A stretch of 64,000 nucleotides of DNA, from contig CM052818.1 in NCBI GenBank assembly GCA_028534125.1, positions 40,426,001 to 40,490,000 on the forward strand, read 5' to 3'. Shown piece by piece: positions 36,226-48,789 of the stretch (position 1 is the first letter of the stretch; every line of letters begins with the position of its first letter). The notes beneath the pieces are model-generated. The model did no database searches, had not been told where the DNA came from, and saw nothing but the letters and a program-made list of their open reading frames with translations. The position numbers and the translations under genes were made by a program. The stretch comes from Lama glama (lineage: Eukaryota).

Positions 36226-37680
36226 TAGCTGGCTTCTTGTGATTTTTGAGTATACAAAAAAAAAGTCTGGACGTCACGAAAGAGGAGAAGGAAATATGGA
36301 AAGGAAGGTAGGACCATTAAAATAGCCTTGAGTTTCCTTGTCTTTTATTTGAAATAAAAGTCACCCGTGTTCTTTTTAGGTTGTAAATCTCTGCCCAGGA
36401 TGTGAGGCTGGAATGCAAAATCCACGGCAGTCCCATGTGATGGAAAACGGTGCGACTCAGAAGGTGTGAGCAATCCTAGAAGCACTTCATCTCCAGAAGC
36501 GTGGAAAACTCCATTCTCTTGGGGCATTCTCAAAGGACGTGCTCTGCTGGAAGAAAGGGGGGAAAATCAGCTTTTTAGCTCTGATGTTTCAGAGCAGTAT
36601 CTAGGGCTCTGATCTTCCACCCCACACTCGATGTAACTCAGTGACAAGCGATTTTACAACGGGAACTTGGATCTTCAGTTTATAGAACTTAATCCGTTGG
36701 TAATTTTCTCTTATACAGAGACACGCTATTTTATAGAGCAGTAGACCAACCCTCCCTATGTTGACCTAGAGCCCACAGGTCCAAACAAGGAAAGAGGGAT
36801 TTAAAGAAAGAGACAAATTGACCTTTAATTGAAGGAGGAATGAGCCAGCTCGGTGCAGCCTTCTCTGGAACAGCAGATCCTCTGAAGACATGCTTCTGCT
36901 CTCACAGAGGTTGGCCTGGCAACTCGCTTACACACTCCGCTGGGGGAACTTCTTTTCAGCGCCCGCCAAAATGCCGATCCAGGTTCCTTTGCCTAGCAGC
37001 CTTGAAGGCTTGCACACATTTAGAGAAAATACTTTCAATGACTCTGGAGTTCTGCTTTATGTTTTATGTTCCTTTGAACTTGTTACCTCTTTACAATGTC
37101 TCGGACTATTAGTTTGGGAACATTTAAAGTTAATGACTATGTGGAAAGTAAAACAACACTTTGATGTTGTTTAAGTCATTCATTCTCTCTTTCATACACA
37201 GGAGGTTAGAGAAGGCTGGGCGATGCCAGATCAAGTCACTTCAGGAATAAATAACTTATCTGGGGGTCTATGTGGATGGTTGCTCGGGGGAAAGGGGGGG
37301 ATAGATCAACTCGAGTGTCTGAGGGAGCCGGAGCCATGATTAATGAGGGTCAGCTTTAAACCTCGAGCACACAGATAGGATTACTTCACACAGGGAGCAG
37401 AGTCTGTCTGACCCAGGCTACTCCAACCCCGTCTCCTGAGGTACGTCGTTCACAAATCTTGTTAGTTTCAGGGACGCACTGACAGCAGAAAGAGATATGG
37501 AGAGGATCTCCTTTGGCCATAAGTAGACAGTCCTTATAAAAGTACCGTATGAATGCAATGATGATGGCCATTAAAGAGAACTGGCAAATGTTTCTGCAAA
37601 GTCAAGGTTGAAGCGTCTGGTCCGGTGTCTTTCCGCAGAGCGCAGTGAGCTCTTCCAGAGCGTAGTCTTTGCCAGCACAT

Positions 37681-37700
37681 TTTGTTTGTTTGTTTGTTTG
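37681..37700 (+). repeat. (TTTG)5 microsatellite
   Basis: Direct count. Confidence 0.95.
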
Positions 37701-38159
37701 TGTTCCTTACTTCTATAGGTGACAGCTTGAGAGGCATTTGTGGGGTGGGTCTCTCTGTGATGTGTAAGAGACTTAGACATGGAAGACGTGGAGCCAGGGA
37801 ACCAGAAAGACAGAAGGAGAGACCCGTTCAGATGTCTTAGATATGGACCCGGTCTGCACTTATTGAAGGAGAGACAGGCACTCTTCACTAGAAACTGCCT
37901 TATCTCATTGAATAAACAACAAAGGACAGTAGACCAAGGATGGAGTCTCTAAAACATTAGAGAGGCCCGAAGGATGCTCAGCAGGAAACCTAGAACTCCG
38001 CTCCTTTTCCCTTTTGCCAAAGTAGCTAAGTGTGTATTTATGTTTGTTAACGGTTGTGTTCAGCTGTGTGTGAAGAGCAATAAACTGACTTCTCTCACTG
38101 AGTTTATATTAAAAAGACACAATTAATGTTTAAGCATCAAGAGTAGTAGACAACTTGCA

Positions 38160-38890
38160 CTCATTATCGAGTCATCGAGCAAATATTTTTGGGGCATCTG
38201 CTGTATGTGTAAGACTGATCTAGACATGGAGATACAATGGTGAAAACACAGAGGTCCCAGTTCTCATGAAATCAATATTCTAGAGGGAGGAAATGGGCAA
38301 TACAAATAGCGACAAATGAAGTTTATTTTAGTTCTCAAGAGCAATGGAGAAACAAGTGCAGAGCTGTGTGATAGAGGATGAATGACACAGGGTGAGTGAG
38401 GGTGGAAATAATTCAGACTGAGAGGTGAGGGAAAGTCTCACTCAGGAAGAGATGCTCTGGCTGAGACTGTTCAGACAGACCCAGAAAGGTAAATGGGTCC
38501 TCAGGCAAGGACCAGCTTTGTTCGTTCAAGAAACAGAAATAGAGTCACTGTGGCTGGGGCTTAGGTTGCAAAAAGGAGAGGGATGAAAGGTTATTTCAGA
38601 GAGGACTGGGTGGGCAAGGTCATCCCAGAGCCCTTAGGCCAGAGGAGGGAGTTAGGGTTTTATTGTGGGTGTAATAGAAAGCCATTGGAGAGACTGAGAG
38701 CAAGAGTTTGTGTTTCAAGACATCACAGCTCCTGATTTGCAGAGAATGGATAGTAGAGGAGAAAGGAGGTTAATTAGGTGGGTATCGTAACGCTTCAGGC
38801 AAGAAACCATGGTGTTCTGGACTGGATGCTAACAGTGAAGGGGACAGAATCTGGAGGCATCAGAGGGCAGAGTCTGCAGAACTTGCTGCA
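38160..38890 (-). mobile_element. L2 3' region
   Basis: gcaaatatttt...ggagatacaatggtgaa...agggaaagtctcac...gaaagccattggag...cagagtctgcagaacttgctg. Confidence 0.85.
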
Positions 38891-39657
38891 GCATGGGACA
38901 GCGGTGCTGCGTACTGAGCCAGGAGATGCGGGAAGGCGCTGCTGGAGAAGCATCAACGTACTTTCGGGAAGTGACTTGAACTGAGAATTGTGTGACTTCT
39001 GGGGTCAGGTCATCTAGAAGGGTTCCCTAGAAGATACAAGCCTGAACTGGACCTCTAAGAATAGGTTGAATTTGTGTATTTAAGGATGAGTTGTGGAGAG
39101 TGATTTTTAGAGTATGACGTGAAAATTGTTTCATTACTTCATTACTTTCCAATCAGTCATTAGTGAGGTTTTTTTTTTTGGCACATCAGATGGACTTTTA
39201 TGTACTTCTCCCCTTCAGCTGGATTCTCCTCTTTTTTTTTTAATAATATTTTCAAAAGTAAACATTGGACCAAAGAATTGATGTAACAGAGCTGTTTGAA
39301 CACTGGAGTGAGTTATTTGGACTCCATCAGCCACCCTATTCTTAAAACCAGTGTTGTGTGCCTCTGTTAGCATTCATTCACCCTGGACCAAACATTCTGT
39401 TTAATCATCTTCATCTTTCCCAGTTGATTGTAAGTTCCTTGATACAGAGAGGTGGAAATATTTTTTTGTTTTGCTATTGTGTTAGGGAGGTGTGGGGACC
39501 ATGTGGGTTTCCTCTCTGCCATCTTCATGAACATCACACTTGGAGCCAGGAGCATCAGGGATGGAGTGAGCACTCCATAAAGGCTTATTGAACAAGTAAT
39601 GCAACACAGAGTATCTCACGGTTTGGATTTCTGGACTTCAACTTCTTGATTCCAATC

Positions 39658-40115
39658 TGCAAAGGGTTGAATGATGACTCCCCAAAGTATGCGCCCACCC
39701 ATAACCTGTCAATGTGACTTTATTTGTGAAAAGGCTCTTACAGATGGGATTAAATTAAGTATTTCAAAATGAGATCATCCTGAATTACATGGATGAGCCT
39801 CAAACCCAAACCTTCATGAGGCAGGTATTCTTGTAAGAACAGGAGAAGACTCAGACAAAGAAGGTCATGTGAAGACAGAAGCAGAGGTTGGACTTACATT
39901 GCCACAAACCAGGGAACACCCGGAGCCACCAGAAGCTTTCTAGAAGCTGAAAGGACTAAGGAAGGATTCTCTCCTGGAGTCTAGGAGGGAGCATGGCCCT
40001 GCTGACACCTTGGTTTTGGACTTCTGGCCTCCAGAACTGTGAAACCAAAGGTTTCTTTTGTGTTAAACCACCAGGTTTATGGTAATTTATCATGGTACCC
40101 TGGGAAACTAATGCA
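39658..40115 (+). mobile_element. MLT1B/C-like MaLR solo LTR
   Basis: gggttgaatg...aatgtgactttatttg...ggagccaccagaagct...gcatggccctgctgacaccttg...tggcctccagaactgtga...ggaaactaatgca. Confidence 0.9.
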
Positions 40116-41589
40116 GTCACTCTACCCAGCTCAGCGAGGAGCTGCCTGCCCTGACCAGCAGGGCTGGGACTAGATGAGATGCGTGAGGCACCCAAAGCAT
40201 GAAGTTCCAGGGGTGCTCACTCAAGCAAGCATATATCTCCTACCCCTGCAGACTCAGGGATTGTCCAGACTAGTTCCCAGAGGGGGTCAGCTTTCAGAAT
40301 TCAAGGCAAAGTCATGCCTACAGGTACATTTTCAACCTAAGAGACTTACGGCATTCTGACTGGAGTCAGAACACCTCAGAGGGCCCCTAGAAATGTTCAC
40401 AGTGACCTCATTAGAGACAGCAGGCACTCAGGGGGGCCCATTCAGAGGGTTGGCCACATTTCCCGAACATTCAGACACCTCATTCTGAGAAAGGGATAAA
40501 GGAAAAAAATCTCAGGCTGAATGGCAATTCTGTTACCATTCCTCTCGATGGCCCGCGTGTGCCAGACACAGATGGCCAGGAGGAGAGCTGGGGACAGAGC
40601 AGGAATTTCTGCGTGTGAGAAAGAGGAGCCCAGACAAGAGTTGGATAGAGAGAAGTTCATAGATGAGAGTTCAACAGATTCAGAGCACCCTCAGCCAGCA
40701 TGGTTATCAGTCCAAGTGGTGGCTTGATCCTGATTTGTTCTTTCCCAGTATCTGCTCCCAAATGAAATATGCATGGTAACTGATTCCTATTTAAGCAAAT
40801 TAACCAAACAAGTCAGCTTCTATTTCTAGATTTTTAAAAAGTTAGAAATTTCTCTTTGTATTTTCAATGGAGATAGAATTGTTGCTGTTGAACAAATTTG
40901 TATTTTATTAACAGCTACTCAGAAAAAAAAAAAAGTCAAGTTCTCTCCCTAAAGGCTGCCAGCAGATAAAAAGACAGTAATACCTTAAATGAACTAGATG
41001 ACCTAATTTCTGATTATTTCATGTAGATTGTTACATAGCTAAGCTTTTCATAATCAACTTCCAGAATGTCTTCAACTGGATAACCAAGAAGTAATACATT
41101 CTTTGCCCTTAAGTCCATGACTCAGTGAGGAGGGGAGTCCCTTATCTTTTCCTTCAGTTTATTTTTACAAGTTCTTATTTTATGAGAAGAATGTGTACAA
41201 GTCACTGTTGGGTCAAATTATCTTTGTCCAGTGATGTGAGTTTTCAAGTTGGCAGTGACCCCCAGAAAGTCTCCTGGAGTGAAGTTGCTCCTTTATAGTG
41301 GAGGTAATTGAGCCCCAGCATGGAGACTTCACTTGTCAAGGTCATCAGCAAATTAGAGAAAAAGTGGCTTTCTGGACACCTCCTTTTGCTAGCATTTTAT
41401 TCGATGTTTTATCTATGTTTTCTGTTTTAAACTGCCTGCTAGTCCTAGGAGGTGAGCATCATTATTGCCATTTTTTAAGTAATAAGAATAAGATTCAGAG
41501 CAAAGTATAAGTTGTTTCAAACCAGCCTCTTTCTTTGAGAGTTCTTTCCTCCTCATCTCCTCATCTACTTGCCAAATTAGAAAGCAGCT

Positions 41590-42475
41590 CGTACAGAGAA
41601 CTGACTTTAAGAAGGCCCCCGTGATTCCTGCCTCCTGGTTTTCACACCCTCATGTAATGTCCTTCTCTTGCATGTGGGTGGGAACTGTGACTTGCTCTAA
41701 TCAATAGAATATGGTAAAAAGTGGTGGGCTGCCACTCACATGAGTATGTCCTATTACATGACTCTGTCTTGCCAGAGGACTGACTCTGGACACTTTCACT
41801 CTTCTTGGTTTTAAAGAGGTACACTGCCACATTGTGAGAAGGCCACGTGACAAGGAACCCCAAGTAGCCTCTAGGAACTGAGCGTGGTCCCTGGCTGACA
41901 GCCAGCAAGAAGCCAGGACCACAGTCCTATAACCATAGGAGATGAATTCTGCCAACAACGTGAGTGAGTTTGGAAGCAGGCTCTTCTCCAGTTGATCCTT
42001 CAGATGAAAATTCAGCCTGACTTACAGTTACAATGTGTCAACTTCTGGTATATAGCACAATGTCCCAGTGTCCCAGTCATGCATAAACATATTTGTATTT
42101 GCTTTCATATTTGTGTTCATTAAAGGTTATTGCAAGATATTGAATATAGTTCCCTGTGCTATACAGAAGAAAATTTTTAATCTATTTTTATATATAGTGG
42201 CTAACATTTACAAATTTCATACTCCCAAATTTACCCCTCCCACCCACTATCCCCCGGTAACCACTAATGAACTCATCTACAAAGCAGAAAAAGACTCGCA
42301 GACATAGTAAATAATCTGACTTAACAATTTAATGCAGCCTGGTGAGACCCCAAAGCACAGAATCCAGTTAAGCCAGACCTTGACTTGACCTTCAGAAGTG
42401 GTAAAATAATAAATGAGCGTTGTTCAAAGCCACTAAGTTTGTGATCATCTGTTACTCAGCATGGAAAAGTAATAA
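41590..42475 (+). mobile_element. MLT1E/F-like MaLR LTR interrupted by L1 (42025-42315)
   Basis: gattcctgcctcctgg...caatagaatatgg...ggccacgtgacaaggaac...gacagccagcaagaa...aagccactaagtttgtg. Confidence 0.88.
42025..42315 (-). mobile_element. Camelid-type L1 3' end with inverted 5' segment (~42263-42315)
   Basis: caagatattgaatatagttccctgtgctatacag (antisense 3'UTR) then sense aatgaactcatctacaaagcagaaaaagactcgcagacatag; direct repeat ctgactta at 42017-42024 and 42316-42323. Confidence 0.88.
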
Positions 42476-42796
42476 TGCATCTGTTACAACTCAGGTCTTA
42501 GCGTAGGTGCTGGAGATTCAAAATTTAGTAGAAAACTCTCTACCCTCAAGTTGGAGATTGAGAGGGATAGACAGATAAGTATTATATAATTACAATGGAT
42601 AGTATATTCTATAAGCTTTTTTAAAGAAAGAAGTGAACAGGAAAGATAATACACGTATCTTTTACAATATTTCAACAGTGACCCCACACCCCAAAGGCTC
42701 CTCTCCATATTGCAACATTATCTGAGAACTTTCATTCCCACTGATGTGTAAGGGCTGATGACAACCCAGACTAACACTTTCTTTCTCAGTGAGATG

Positions 42797-43175
42797 GAGC
42801 AGAAAGCAGGCTCACCAATATCCATGTGTGTCTTCTCCTTCTTGGCATGTGGGATGGTAAATTTTGCAGATGGCCCCGAAGTTGGATGAGCCATGTGACT
42901 GAGTTCTGGCCAATGGTGTTGGTTTGGTAAGGTCCACCACCTCCATGCCTGGGCCCTGAAGTCCCCTACAAGGTCCTTCAGACAGAATTGTCTCCAGACA
43001 GAATGAGAGGATCTGGTAGAAGATTCCAAGTGCTGGGAAGATGGAAGGATCCTGGGCACCTAAACTACTCTGTGGAAGGATGACCAACACGCAACCATCG
43101 CACCGTGGGGCAGCAGGAAATAAATGTTAATGGTGTCAATCCACTGGGACTTATGTCATTAGTGCCATTAGTCTA
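42797..43175 (+). mobile_element. MLT1J-like MaLR LTR
   Basis: gccatgtgactgagttctggccaatgg...ccacctccatgcctgg...aagatggaaggatcctggg...gaaataaa. Confidence 0.8.
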
Positions 43176-44336
43176 TGAGGGAATTAAATTTTAACTGGCT
43201 TCAAACAATTAAGGGAGAGGATTGGTGGATGGAGAGCTTTCTCATTGCTGTGTTTAGTTGTCTTTGGGATTCCCAGTATCCTAAAGTTAAACCTCAGTGA
43301 ATGTCTCAATCCCTGTGGGGCTCTGAGAGTGGGGACAAAGGCGTGGATGGACTCTGCAGATATGAACAACATTTTTGTGATCTTGGCCAAGGCAGTAACA
43401 AGACCAGTGCTCCAATATTCCCATCAGCATGGGCTCTCCCTCCCTAGCAAGTCTGGTCCAGACTTCCCAGTTCATTTCTAGCTGGTTTCTAGCACTGTGC
43501 TTCAGGAGGGAAGGTCTTTTCCAAGGGCTATTATAAACTCTGGGAAACGGGCCAGAACGTTTCATATTGTAATGGAAAATAATCCTTCCACCCTCAATCT
43601 GCACATTTTATTTAAAGGTGTGAAAAATGCTTTCCCAGCTTCAGCCAGGAGCATTCGGGTCCCCACAGGGACCTGCGCTGAGAAGGGTGGGGGCGCTGGT
43701 TAGGTGATGGAGAGAGCCATCCCTACCGAAGTTTCCCGAGGAGCGACAAGCACGAAGTCAGAGAAAATAAGACTTGACCTCCACTCTGGCTCACATTACA
43801 TGTTCCTGCCTTACCCTGGTGCCCAGAAGCTCCAGCTCACACTTGGCCTGGGACCACGGGGAATTGAATGGAGGGGGACGCCTGCTGTGGACTTAGGGTT
43901 TAGAAGCTGTAGTGCTTCCTTCAGAGGCTGCTATTATCTCCCGGCCAAGGGCAGGTGAGGAAAAGGGGACTGGGTCCAGGGTAGCATGGGAGACAGTCGA
44001 CTGATACTCACGGGTTCTCAAGTTTAGGAGTTGTTAGAGTTGCTCAAATCAAACCACTTTTTGAAGAAGCAATGTAACAAAGTGGTTGGCTGCTTGGTGT
44101 AGTAGGTAAGGTTCAAGTCTTTCACAATTGTGGGTCCTTATTCAATTACTTCTTTATTATGTTTCCTTAAATATTTGCGATTAATATACCATTTTCAGTA
44201 ATGGTTTCCAGATGACTAGATCATTATGCAACAGTTAAAATTATAGGTAAAGCCCTTCAGACACAATGATGTGATATTTGTTGAGAGTTAATGTTGTGAT
44301 ATTTCTTTGGATCTTTTAAAACAGCTTTCAGCATTT

Positions 44337-44400
44337 TAAATGAGTTGTTATCAATGCTATAAGAAATGATAAATGAGTTGTTATCAATGCTATAAGAAAT
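44337..44400 (+). repeat. Tandem duplication, 31 bp identical, period 33
   Basis: taaatgagttgttatcaatgctataagaaat at 44337-44367 and 44370-44400. Confidence 0.97.
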
Positions 44401-44804
44401 TGTTTTTATATTTATTGATGTTAAATCCACATTACACCAGCACAACCCAAAGGAATAAGATAGTACTTATTTTTTTTTTCACAAATACAACATGAAAGGT
44501 GGCAAAATAATGCTACTTAACCCCAAATCCAGCATATTAGCAAAAAGTCACATTCAGAAAAGTTTGGCAAGTAAGATACAATGTAAGTCATGATTCTACA
44601 GTGGAGAAAGGTCCATGAGAGACTGACCGGTATTGTAAACCCACATGAGCAGTGTACATCCGTGTGGTTAGATGCTTTAAAGTTGTGATTTACTTTAGAG
44701 ACATTAATTTGCAATTTATTTTATTATCTTTTGAATCAACATTGAAATTTTCAAACTTAATCATCCAACATTTAAAACAAAATGAGTATCTGGCTCTAGG
44801 TTAC

Positions 44805-44905
44805 AGTTCAACTAGTATGATCTCCATTTTACTTACAAGACAACTGTAGCTCAGAGAGGTTATTTCACAAATTCAAGATCTGCTAGGGAATAGAATCACT
44901 AGGGT
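44805..44905 (-). mobile_element. MIR fragment
   Basis: ctccattttac...aactgtagctcagagaggtta. Confidence 0.65.
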
Positions 44906-45179
44906 TCTCTCATGTAGGGTGACCTGTTTCTGCCTGACTTTAGGAAAGCCAGTTAAAACTTCAGGAATGAGGTCTTGATCAAGTCTTCCACATCACCCCA
45001 ACATTCACCCTACCAAGAGAGGTTTTCTCATGCTGGTCCACATGGATTTTCCTTTTTTCTAACATGGAGAGAGCACCCCTTATCAGTTTCTATCATTTGG
45101 ACTTTTAATCAGATACTCTCCCCCCTGTTTCATGAACAGATCTTCTTCGTCTCGGTGGGGCTGACACTTGACAATAACG

Positions 45180-45352
45180 TCCACTGACGATCTAGTCTGT
45201 GCCAAGCTCTCTGCAAGGCATTGTACAGGCATTCTGTAATTTGATCTTTACAAAGAATTTATGAAGGAAATAATATTAGCTCCATTTTACAAAAGAGGAA
45301 GTGGAGACTCGTCGAGATAGTTACTTCCTGCAGATGACACAGTTAGAAAGAG
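45180..45352 (-). mobile_element. MIR
   Basis: ctgtgccaag...tattagctccattttacaaaagaggaagtggagac. Confidence 0.8.
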
Positions 45353-45586
45353 CCCGTGCTCCATCCATCAACTCCACCCAGTGATTCAAGCCATTTGTGT
45401 CCTTCCTGCTGCCTTTTCCCTACTCGTTTCTACATTTAATCCACTAGCTAGTTCTGCTGGTTCTACTTCAAAATAGATCCAGAATCTGAGGACGTCCTGC
45501 CATCTCCTCTATTACCATCACACTCACGTACCTTGGTGTAGTCAGAGAATGCATTCTCTACATGGAAGGAAACCAGAATGATCTTT

Positions 45587-45592
45587 AAAGAG

Positions 45593-45670
<78 letters not shown>

Positions 45671-45703
45671 GAAGGAAGGAAGGAAGGAAGGAAGGAAGGA
45701 AGT

Positions 45704-45747
<44 letters not shown>

Positions 45748-45777
45748 GAGAAAGAAAGAAAGAGAGAAAGAAAGAAA
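45587..45777 (+). repeat. Compound tetranucleotide microsatellite (AAAG)19(GAAG)8 TAAG (AAAG)10...
   Basis: Direct count; all purine except one T at 45703; sits inside an L2 fragment. Confidence 0.97.
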
Positions 45778-45924
45778 TCTTACCATGACAAGCTTCCAAT
45801 TATTTCTCATTTCTCTTAAAATCTTCACTTTGACTCAGGACCTATTACGCCCTGGTGACCCACTTATGCCTAAATGTTACACATTGAAACAGAAAATAAT
45901 CCTTCCACTCAATGTGCGTATTTT

Positions 45925-46829
45925 ATTTAAGGTGTGTGCCCTGTGCCCCAAAATTCTTAACAAAAGTCTTAACGTTCAGTACCTCAGAATGTGACTAAAT
46001 ATAGAGATAGAGTCTTTAAACTGGGAAATTAAAGTCAAATGAGGTCATACTGGTGTCACATAAACCAACATGAGTGGTGTCGTTACAAGGAGATGAGTCA
46101 GGACACAGAGAACACAGACAGTGAGATGACCGTGTGAGGACACGGGAAGAAGGTGGCCATCTTCAGGCCAAGGAGAGAGGTCTCAGAAGAGACCAAACCT
46201 GCCAACACCTCAGTGTGGGACTTGCAGCCTCCAGAACCATGAGAAAATAAACTTCTGTCATTTAAGCCCCCGACTCTGGTACTTCGTAGTGGCGAATTAG
46301 TCAGGGCTCTCCAGATAAACAGACCCAACAGGAAATAGGTGGATAGGTAAATAGATACAGTTAAGAGGACTTCTTTTTAATAGGAACGGGCTCATGTGCT
46401 TTTAGAGGCTGCGAAGCACCCAAATCTGCTATCTGCAAACTGGAGAACCAGAAAAACCAGTGATACAATTGAGTTCAAGTCAAAAGGTCTGAGAACTGGG
46501 GAGGAAGAGGAGGAGCTGGCGGTGTTAACTTCCAGTCTGAACCTGAAAGCCTGAGGGCCAGGAGCAGAGATGTCTGAGGGCAGGAGAAAATGGATGTTTT
46601 TGGCTCAGAAAGAGTGAATCCACCTTCCTTCACAGATTAAATGATCCTTGCCTGCAGTGGTGAGGTGAGGACAGATCTTCCTTACTCAGTCTACTGATTC
46701 AATCTCTTTCCAAGACACTTTCACAGACACGCCCAGAAATAATTGTTCTACTAGCTCTCTGGGCATCCCTTAGCCCAGTCAAGCTGACATATAAAATTAA
46801 CCATCACACAGCCCTAACAACCTAACACA
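45925..46829 (+). mobile_element. MLT1B-like LTR interrupted near its 3' end
   Basis: cagtacctcagaatgtgact...gaagaaggtggccatct...ggacttgcagcctccagaaccatgagaaaataaa; tail cagccctaacaacctaacaca at 46809-46829. Confidence 0.85.
46293..46808 (-). mobile_element. MLT2B-like ERVL LTR
   Basis: attagtcagggctctccagataaacaga...ctgcaaactggagaacc...cccagtcaagctgacatataaaattaaccatcaca. Confidence 0.9.
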
Positions 46830-47410
46830 GTCTGAAAACTGCTTACCCAGCTTTAGCTAGCAGCATTCAGTTCTCCCTGGGCACCTAGGCTAAGAGGATG
46901 CGGAACAATGATTAGGTGCTGAAAATCTATCTTCTCGTTTCCCTCCACCAGGAATGCCTCTTCAGCCTCTTCCTATTTTTTTTACTGAATGGTCCCTCAG
47001 CCTACAGAGCTTGACATGTCCATTATCCTCTTTTAATTCAAGTACCAATGAGACATCTCAATCAATTAGCCTTCCATCACCATTTTATGCTTGCTTTCCC
47101 CCATACCACTTTTCATTCTCCAATGGAACTGATGTATTTATTTGCTTAACTGGCTCCTCTAACCAGTTTGACCAGAATAGTGCCTGATTCAATAGTAGAA
47201 GCTCATGAAATCTTTGTTAAATGAATGAATAGATGTTTTTTTTCTCCCTTGGATTAAACCCTAAGTTCTTCAAAGGCATATTTACAGCTTACTTATCTGT
47301 ACTCCCACTTCCCAATATAGAGCCTGTCACAAACTAGAGTCTCAATGAAAGACATATAAATTAAACAGAATCACTAAAAAATGCTGTGTGAATGCTGAAT
47401 GAATAAATGT
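46830..47410 (+). mobile_element. L2 3' fragments
   Basis: gaatagtgcctga...tttgttaaatgaatgaat, then a second L2 end ...gctgaatgaataaatg. Confidence 0.65.
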
Positions 47411-47911
47411 ATATGGCATGCTTAAAGTCTTTTCCTTTATGGCTTTGAAGTTAGGAAGAAATATGTACAGAAAGGAGAAAACCTGTTGTTAATAAACCAG
47501 AATATTGAATTTTTGCCCAGGGTGTCAGTAGATACGTGAGAAGGTGATCTGGAAGGTCATGGAGCCAAACTGAGGTCCTGTTTCAGTCCTTTCCCAGTCA
47601 CCAACATCATCCCAGAACATTCCTAGAACAATTTGCTGATCACTCTTTAAAATTGGAAATTGATTAATTCCTTGTTTCCAATATAAAAAAGGAATCTGAG
47701 TTCTAGAAAAGGCCATTGATATGTTCAAGTTTCTTACAGCCCTAGATTGAAAATAAGAATAAATGCTGACTCTTTGGCTGTATCTCTATGCCCAGGTCAC
47801 TTTAACGTCTGTGAGAACCATTTCTTTGTTCCTGACTTCAATCCTTTGTTTCAGTTCAAACACAAATTTAAAACACTTGGGTTTGTAGAATGACAAAGTA
47901 GTTTTAATGGT

Positions 47912-48300
47912 TATGGCAAAGACTGGATAGATGATCACCAATCCTATTCCTCTTCCTGGTCACACAACCAAATTGCATTTCTCAGCTCAAATGCAGAAAA
48001 GATGAGGCCATGTTACTAGATTTTGACCATGGAATGTGAGTAGCAGTGGTATGTGTCACTTCGAGACTGAGAAAGTTAGGAAAGTTAGGAGTTGTACAGT
48101 ATCCTATCTCTCACTTGGTTTTTTTCCATGGAGATTTTAGAAGCAAGCATGGATGATGGTAGTTCCATAAGATAGAAGATACCTGGATCCCAAATGATGT
48201 CATGGAACAGAAACTATGGCCAACAAGTCATCCATCAGTAAGGAAAACACTTCTACTATTTTAAGCCACTGAGACTTGGGATATTGTTTGTTGTAGCACC
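47912..48300 (+). mobile_element. MLT1I/J-like MaLR LTR
   Basis: ggccatgttactag...ggaatgtgagtagcagtg...tgtgtcacttc...ttaagccactgagacttggg...tgtttgtt. Confidence 0.8.
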
Positions 48301-48789
48301 TTTGTGATATTTGTTCTTATTCAGGAAATTATTTGAATAGCATTTCTTGGGCTGACTCTGTTCACTACGATTGTGGATGTTTTAGTTTAGTATATTTTAA
48401 CAATTAATGGCAAGATTCAATACAAGTGTCTTCCTATCATGTGTAATAGCAACCTAATAAACCACTATGATAAATGTTTTAGAATATAATTATGCACATC
48501 TCAAATTTTTAATATTTTAAACATTTATAAATGCATATGTAACTTGACATAAATTATGAATGGGTGTGCTTATCATCTTAAAGTCATTAAGAAAACTCAG
48601 TTTCCAGCTGGAGCAAGAGAGACAGTGATGTTAAGATTTTTAAAAGTTAACAGTACAGTGAAGGCAGACAGGAAATGCTGTTCCAGCCTAACAGACCCCC
48701 TGAAGTGTTGTCATAACCCAGGATAAATTCAATTACTTAATGCCAACAGCATGATGAGTGCTCGTGACTGTAGGTCACCCTGTAGGTTT

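Noticed and set aside
45463..45994. KERK- and FLSF-repeat ORFs
   Set aside because: Translations of the (AAAG)n microsatellite
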